Positions 58,766-64,000 of a stretch of DNA of 64,000 nucleotides are shown here, piece by piece. Made by a program: the position numbers and the translations under genes. Location of the stretch: the NCBI GenBank assembly GCA_038245295.1, contig JBBRSP010000012.1:32001-96000 (forward strand). Direction: 5' to 3'. This stretch comes from Candidatus Binatia bacterium. GTDB taxonomy: Bacteria; Desulfobacterota; Binatia; HRBIN30. Every line of letters starts with the position of its first letter. Positions within the stretch are counted from its first letter, which is position 1. The notes under the pieces are model-generated. The model ran no database searches, had not been told where the DNA came from, and saw nothing but the letters and a program-made list of their open reading frames with translations.

Positions 58766-61747
58766 GTGAGTCGTATCGTCCCAAACTACTTCGCTCCCAT
58801 CCGCGACGCGGCGCGCCGCCGTTGGGATCAACTCGAGGCCGACCCGGGGCTCGCTGGCCCGTGGTGGCAGTTGTTGCGACAGGTCGAAAGCCCGGCGCAC
58901 GTGCTCTCGGAGTTGTTGCAGAACGCTGACGATGCCGGCGCCGACGCCGCCACGGCGCGCGTCGACAACGGCTACTTCGAATTCGAACACAACGGCCACG
59001 ACTTCAGCGCCGAAGAGCTACGCTCGCTGTGTGAGTTCGGCAACTCGAGCAAGAAGAGCCTGCTCACCGTCGGCTTTCGCGGCGTCGGCTTCCGCTCCCT
59101 GTTCTCTCTCGGAGCCACCATCGAGGTGCTGACGCCGACCCTGACGATCCGCTTCGAGCGCCGCCGATTCACCGAACCGATCTGGCTCGACGACGCCAAC
59201 CCGACGTCTCAGACGCACATCCGTGTCCACCTCGATTCCGCCGCAACACACGCCGCCATCGCCGCTTCCCTCGCGCGCTGGCGTCAAACCGCCCTGCCCT
59301 TGCTGTTCTTCAACAACCTGAGGCGTCTGCGCCTCGACGCCAAGGAGCTCGCCATCGAAACGCAACAGCCGGGCCCATGCACCGGCGCTTCGATGGTTCG
59401 GCTGAGCGGCCAGCAGGATGACGTGTTGGTGTTGCGCTCGCCGGCAGAGGATTTCCCACTCGAGTGCCTGGAGGAGATTCGCCAGGAACGCGGCGCCTTC
59501 GATCTGCAACTTCCGCCCTGCGATGTGGTCGTCGTCTTCCACGGTGATGAGACCGGCCGTCTCTTCGTCGTCCTACCCACCGATGCGGTGTGGGACCTCG
59601 AGTTCTCCTGCCACGCACCGTTCCTGCAGGATCCGGCGCGAATGAAGATCAAAGATCCTACTTTGTCGCCGACCAACCGCTGGCTGCTCGAACGTGCCGG
59701 ACGCCTGCTTGGCGACACTCTCTCCACATGGTTGCATCGTACTGACCTGCCGCTGCGGCGCCGCGCCCAGGCCTATGGGGTCGTGCCGACACACCGCGAC
59801 ACACGTCCGGAAACCATCGGTGACGCGGCGGCGTTGATTGTGCGCCAGGCGTTTGGTCAGACGATCGAGTCGGCCGACGTGTTGCTCACCCACGACGGCA
59901 CCCTGACGCGTAAGGGCAAGGCTGTGAGCCTACCGTCGGTTGTCCTCGAGACGTGGGATGCCGATGTGGCGACGCGGCTCTTCGACCCGGCGCAACGTAC
60001 GCCCCTCTATCCCGAGATCGGCCGGCAAGCGCTGGCGCGCCTTGCCGACTGGGATCTCGTTGCCAGCATCGACGAGGCACAAGTGATCCGTCGCCTCAGC
60101 GAGCCGAACGGTCGCGTGCCGGCACCAAAGCCGGTCGAACGGCTACTGAGGCTGTGGCTGGCCTTGGCGCGGCGGGCGCAACACGACTGGAGCAGCCAGT
60201 CGGCCTGGACCAATGCGGCGATCGTGCCAGTCGTCGGCAGTCAGACCCTGGTGCGTGCACGGGATATCCTCGCCGACACACAACGCCCCCCCGAAATTTC
60301 CGAGGCGGAATGGAAGATGCTCACCAAGGCATTGCGCCCGCTCGACGGTCAATGGCGCAAGATCGTCGACGCCTTGCAGGAGGATCACGCGGCGGCGACG
60401 CGCAACATCGAACGTTTGGCGCGTCTGCGTCTGACGCGTGAAGACCACGGGCGATTGCAGTGGGCGCTCAACCTCAGCGGATTGACACAACCGCTCGCCA
60501 TCGCCCAACTCGTCGACAAAGCCTGCGCCACGGCCTTCACGCCGGAGAAGCCGGATACCGATGTCGCCATCTCTCTCACCGCCATGGTTGCCCGACTTGG
60601 CCTGCCGGCACCACACAGCCTGCGCTTCCGCTGCGCCGGCGGAATGTGGCGTGCCGCCACCCCGGGTCAGTCGGGCAAGGCCGATCTGCTGCTATCCGTC
60701 GACGCGGTCGCCGATCTGCGCCACCTGCTACCGCGTCACTGGTACGACGAACATGTAGTAGACACCCGGTACGAAGAAGCGTTCGCCAAGTCTGAGCGCG
60801 GCGTCTGGCGACAGTGGGCCCTCGATCCACAACGCGGCGGGCTGGCCAGTTTTCCGCTTCCGGAGGCTCAAACGCCAACCTTCTGGCGCGTGGAGGAGTT
60901 GGAAGACTTCTGCCGCGCGCGTGGCGGCCATCGCCCGACAACGGTGCCGTTTGCCAACAGCTACTTCGGCGTGCACGACTGGGATTGGAATCTCGATCTC
61001 ACCAACTTCTGGCGCGAACGTGGCGCGCAGGAGCCCGCCCTCTGGCAACACATCGCCGGCGCCATCGATCGATCGTGGTCGCCGAGTTGGGAAGAAAAAC
61101 TTGGTGCCGTCGCCTTCCAGTCCGGTCGCTTCCGTGAGCAGGCGTTATCGACGGGACGCCTGCGGGCCGGGTGGATCGAGCGATTGCAACAGGCGGGCAC
61201 TATGCCGCAACGATACCGGGACAACCGCCTTCCCACTGCTTCGGCGGAGGTCGACGGCAATGTACCCAGACTGTATCGCGTTGTTTTGCCGGTCCACGGA
61301 ATTGAGCGAGCCGCCGAAATCTACGCGCTGCTGTTGCAGATGCCGGGCCAGCGAGTTGCGCCGGATCGCCACGACTTCGACTGCGGTGGCACCATCCTCA
61401 GCTGCGTGGACAGCAACGCGGGTGGCGACGTCGGACAGCCAGGCGAGCGGGCGCGCCTGCAGGCGTCCGTCGCGATTGCGGTTACCGATCTCGACTCCGT
61501 CCACGAGCGGGCGCAACGTTCAGGGTGCCAGATCGGTGACGGTGGGGTTGTAAGCGCAGCGTCGGGAGAACGATTGTTGTGGGTGGCCGATCCTTTCGGC
61601 AACCGCATTGGTTTCGTAGATGACGCGTCGGTATTGCTCGGCCGCGACCCGGCACACGACAGCGTCGGGGCGACGCGCGACGGCAGCAAGCTGAGCAAAC
61701 ACACCGCGACCAATCGGGTGCGCGCCGATGCGGCGCGGCGCAGCTGA
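58766..61747 (+). CDS. Sacsin-like GHKL ATPase domain protein with a C-terminal VOC/glyoxalase-like domain
   Basis: LSELLQNADDA, HNG, GFRGVGFRSLF; C-terminal RVVLPVHGIERAAEIY...DLDSVHERA...DPFGNRIGF. Confidence 0.75.
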   Translation: MSRIVPNYFAPIRDAARRRWDQLEADPGLAGPWWQLLRQVESPAHVLSELLQNADDAGADAATARVDNGYFEFEHNGHDFSAEELRSLCEFGNSSKKSLLTVGFRGVGFRSLFSLGATIEVLTPTLTIRFERRRFTEPIWLDDANPTSQTHIRVHLDSAATHAAIAASLARWRQTALPLLFFNNLRRLRLDAKELAIETQQPGPCTGASMVRLSGQQDDVLVLRSPAEDFPLECLEEIRQERGAFDLQLPPCDVVVVFHGDETGRLFVVLPTDAVWDLEFSCHAPFLQDPARMKIKDPTLSPTNRWLLERAGRLLGDTLSTWLHRTDLPLRRRAQAYGVVPTHRDTRPETIGDAAALIVRQAFGQTIESADVLLTHDGTLTRKGKAVSLPSVVLETWDADVATRLFDPAQRTPLYPEIGRQALARLADWDLVASIDEAQVIRRLSEPNGRVPAPKPVERLLRLWLALARRAQHDWSSQSAWTNAAIVPVVGSQTLVRARDILADTQRPPEISEAEWKMLTKALRPLDGQWRKIVDALQEDHAAATRNIERLARLRLTREDHGRLQWALNLSGLTQPLAIAQLVDKACATAFTPEKPDTDVAISLTAMVARLGLPAPHSLRFRCAGGMWRAATPGQSGKADLLLSVDAVADLRHLLPRHWYDEHVVDTRYEEAFAKSERGVWRQWALDPQRGGLASFPLPEAQTPTFWRVEELEDFCRARGGHRPTTVPFANSYFGVHDWDWNLDLTNFWRERGAQEPALWQHIAGAIDRSWSPSWEEKLGAVAFQSGRFREQALSTGRLRAGWIERLQQAGTMPQRYRDNRLPTASAEVDGNVPRLYRVVLPVHGIERAAEIYALLLQMPGQRVAPDRHDFDCGGTILSCVDSNAGGDVGQPGERARLQASVAIAVTDLDSVHERAQRSGCQIGDGGVVSAASGERLLWVADPFGNRIGFVDDASVLLGRDPAHDSVGATRDGSKLSKHTATNRVRADAARRS

Positions 61748-61766
61748 AGAACACCGTCCGGTCGTT

Positions 61767-62969
61767 TCACGTCGAGAGAAACGCGCGCCGCTCCTCGGCC
61801 CACGATAGCTCGTCGGGCTGGGTCAAAGCGTCGAGATCACCTGGCTCGGCTTGTGCATCGTCGACCCAAGACCGCAGAAGCTCGCTGCCGTTGATCAGGT
61901 CGATGGCGAGTCGCTCCTGCTCGTACTCGTAGGGGAAGTCGCGCCATAGATCGTAGTCGGGGCGCAATCGGCGCAGGGCTTTGAATGCCAGAGCCATGAC
62001 GCGCCAGGGGCGAAACAGATCATGGTCGTAGACGGGATCTTCGACGTGGATCTGAACACCGGCGCATAGCTTGCCGACATGTTTGTGAAATGTCGGCTCG
62101 AACCAGCACGGGCGCAGCACGCAACCGCGCAGCCACTCAGGAGCGAGAGCCTGCATCGTCTCCAACAACACGTTCGCATCGAGATCGGGAGCGCCGAACA
62201 ACTCCAGCGGCCGTGTCGTCCCGCGCCCTTCCGAAAGGGTCGTTCCCTCCAACATGACCGTGCCGGCATAACAGCGCGCCATCGAAAGGTTCGGGGCGTT
62301 CGGGCTCGGGTTGACCCAGGAACGATCGCCGATTGGCCAGCCAAATCCAGGAGCGGCGGCGGGCTGCCATTCCTGCATGGCAACGACATTCAACTCGAGG
62401 TCGAGATGCAGCACATGCACAAACCAGCGCGACAGCTCGCCGAGCGTCAGGCCATGGCGCATCGGCAGAGCACCGGCGCCGACGAAGCTCTCCCAGCCGG
62501 GACGCAAACGCAGCCCTTCGATCGGCCGTCCGGCAGGATTGGGCCGGTCGAGAACCCACACCGCTTTATTCGACATTGCCGCCGCCTCGAGAACGTAGCG
62601 CAGAGTCGTGATGAACGTGTAGATGCGGCACCCGACATCCTGCAGATCGACAAGCAACAGGTCGAAATGATCGAGCATCGCGGCCGTCGGGCGGCGTGTC
62701 GCGCCGTAAAGGCTGAAGACGGGGATACCGTGACGTGGATCAACGAAGTCACTCGACTCGACCATGTTGTCCTGCTTGTCGCCGCGCAGGCCATGTTGCG
62801 GGCCGAAGGCGGCGGTCAGTTGCATGTCGCCAAGAGCTGCGACTGCATCGAGCGTATGGGTCAGGTTGCGCGTCACCGACGCCGGGTGGGCAAGTAGCGC
62901 AACACGCCGATCGGCCAGCGGATGGCGTAATGCCGGCTCTTCGAGGAAACGATCGATGCCAAATTTCAT
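61767..62969 (-). CDS. namZ: Exo-beta-N-acetylmuramidase NamZ family (DUF1343)
   Basis: FGPQHG, FSLYG, DLQDVGCRIYTF, LDRPNP, RHGLTLGE, PSPN, SEGRGTTRP. Confidence 0.85.
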   Translation of the reverse strand: MKFGIDRFLEEPALRHPLADRRVALLAHPASVTRNLTHTLDAVAALGDMQLTAAFGPQHGLRGDKQDNMVESSDFVDPRHGIPVFSLYGATRRPTAAMLDHFDLLLVDLQDVGCRIYTFITTLRYVLEAAAMSNKAVWVLDRPNPAGRPIEGLRLRPGWESFVGAGALPMRHGLTLGELSRWFVHVLHLDLELNVVAMQEWQPAAAPGFGWPIGDRSWVNPSPNAPNLSMARCYAGTVMLEGTTLSEGRGTTRPLELFGAPDLDANVLLETMQALAPEWLRGCVLRPCWFEPTFHKHVGKLCAGVQIHVEDPVYDHDLFRPWRVMALAFKALRRLRPDYDLWRDFPYEYEQERLAIDLINGSELLRSWVDDAQAEPGDLDALTQPDELSWAEERRAFLST

Positions 62970-62997
62970 CCGCGAGGTCTCATGCGCGGTGCTGCTA

Positions 62998-63555
62998 TCA
63001 CGCCGGATTCGGCGCCTCCAGCAGGACGGCGAAAGCGTCGTGATGATGGAAGTCGGGTTTGCCAGGCGGATGTCGCAATGCCCAATACGACAGAGACGCA
63101 TCCGCCGCTTCGACGACGGCAGCCGCCGCGACACGCAGCACGCTCGTGGGATGCAGCGGCGACAGCGCGTCGAGCGACACGATCGCCTCCAACGACAGGT
63201 AATGAGGCTGCTGTTGCACAGCCAGTCGTGGCGCCGCTTGGGCCGCCATCTCGAAACCGTCTCGATAGGCGGAGAATGAGAACGCCGCCCAGTCGCCGGA
63301 GGGTGAAAAGTTGAATTCGTGGTACGCGGCGCTGCCGTCGAGCGCGACGAACGCCTCGAAGCACGTATGCTCCCAAAGCCCAAGAACGATCCATGGCGAC
63401 GTCGCCGCGGGGATGAGCAGGCGGTTCAATGGTGCATCGAGAGAATAGGTGAAGACCAGGGTCGAATCCTTACGCTCGACGCCGACGTTGATCGCACACG
63501 GGACACTCGCAGGAGTTGCCGGGTGAAGGGATAAAGGAAGACGCGGTGACCTCAT
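62998..63555 (-). CDS. DOMON-like domain protein
   Basis: LWEHTCFEAF, YHEFNFSPSGDWA, SYWALRHPPGKPDFHH. Confidence 0.8.
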   Translation of the reverse strand: MRSPRLPLSLHPATPASVPCAINVGVERKDSTLVFTYSLDAPLNRLLIPAATSPWIVLGLWEHTCFEAFVALDGSAAYHEFNFSPSGDWAAFSFSAYRDGFEMAAQAAPRLAVQQQPHYLSLEAIVSLDALSPLHPTSVLRVAAAAVVEAADASLSYWALRHPPGKPDFHHHDAFAVLLEAPNPA

Positions 63556-63713
63556 GCGCCGGAGTTTCTGCTTGCATCTCGACGCCAACGCAAGCCCATT
63601 CCGGGGAACGTGCCGACGAGCGTGCGAAACGGGCGCCGCGTTGATCCTGAATATCATGTCCATCCCTGTTAATTGGCGTCTTTCACGACGAATTCGATCA
63701 GGAGGCCCGCTCA

Positions 63714-64000
63714 ATGATTGCCATGGAACCAATCGGTCGAGTGAGAACACAGCGCGCCGCTGCCGAGGATGACTTCTGGGGCGGCGTCGAATCAACCATC
63801 GTCCTTGACGACAGCTTCACAGACGAGGCGCTACTTGGCATCGAAGAGTTCTCGCATGCCGAGATCCTCTTCTGCTTCGATCAGGTGCCCGACAACAAGA
63901 TCGTGCGCGACGCCCGTCACCCGCGCAACAACCCCGACTGGCCGCGGGTCGGCATTTTCGCCCAGCGCGGCAAGAATCGCCCGAATCGGATCGGTAGTAC
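63714..64000 (+). CDS. TrmO/TsaA-like SAM-binding methyltransferase (runs off the window)
   Basis: RBS AGGAGG; manual translation MIAMEPIGRV...GIEEFSH...HPRNNPDWPRVGIFAQRGKNRPNRIG. Confidence 0.85.
   Translation, partial: MIAMEPIGRVRTQRAAAEDDFWGGVESTIVLDDSFTDEALLGIEEFSHAEILFCFDQVPDNKIVRDARHPRNNPDWPRVGIFAQRGKNRPNRIGS

Noticed and set aside
62970..63383. 538-aa N-terminally extended NamZ
   Set aside because: The extension overlaps the DOMON-like gene in another frame; the family-like sequence begins at MKFGID (62969).
1..64000. tRNA, rRNA, riboswitch or transposase genes
   Set aside because: None recognised by eye; a covariance-model search (tRNAscan-SE, Infernal/Rfam) is needed to exclude small RNAs.

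Overview
GC-rich diderm (LPS-producing) bacterial chromosome segment. The Cys-flanked 'GDCxxDGxVTxDEL' modules and deltaproteobacterial-type LPS gene order suggest a Binatia/Desulfobacterota-like lineage (inference, not tested). The housekeeping core is a partial fabF, lysS-lolC/E-lolC/E-lolD-bamA-skp-fabZ-lpxA-lpxI-(GnnA-like)-lpxB-msbA-DUF374-waaA-lpxK-Trm112-Kdo kinase-GT9, tex, and an imuA-imuB-dnaE2 SOS mutagenesis cassette. An accessory tail of small genes follows, including a MazEF pair. The standout is a cellulosome-like but apparently non-cellulolytic cohesin-dockerin system at 1298-5592. It comprises a tri-cohesin scaffoldin with Pro/Thr linkers and a MYXO-CTERM-like anchor, a cohesin+dockerin adaptor-like protein and an FG-GAP propeller with a dockerin; a further dockerin-tagged ELWxxDGT propeller lies 36 kb away. 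Other notable items are an STT3/AglB-like oligosaccharyltransferase with WWPNG in place of WWDYG, a Cyc2-like heme-porin fusion, a nucleotidyltransferase cassette flanked by a duplicated lpxI 3' end, a MITE nested in a REP, and an inverted-repeat-flanked GxxExxY gene plus in-frame short repeats inside the SOS cassette. No tRNA, rRNA, CRISPR array or transposase was recognised. All domain calls are by eye and need HMM or structure confirmation.
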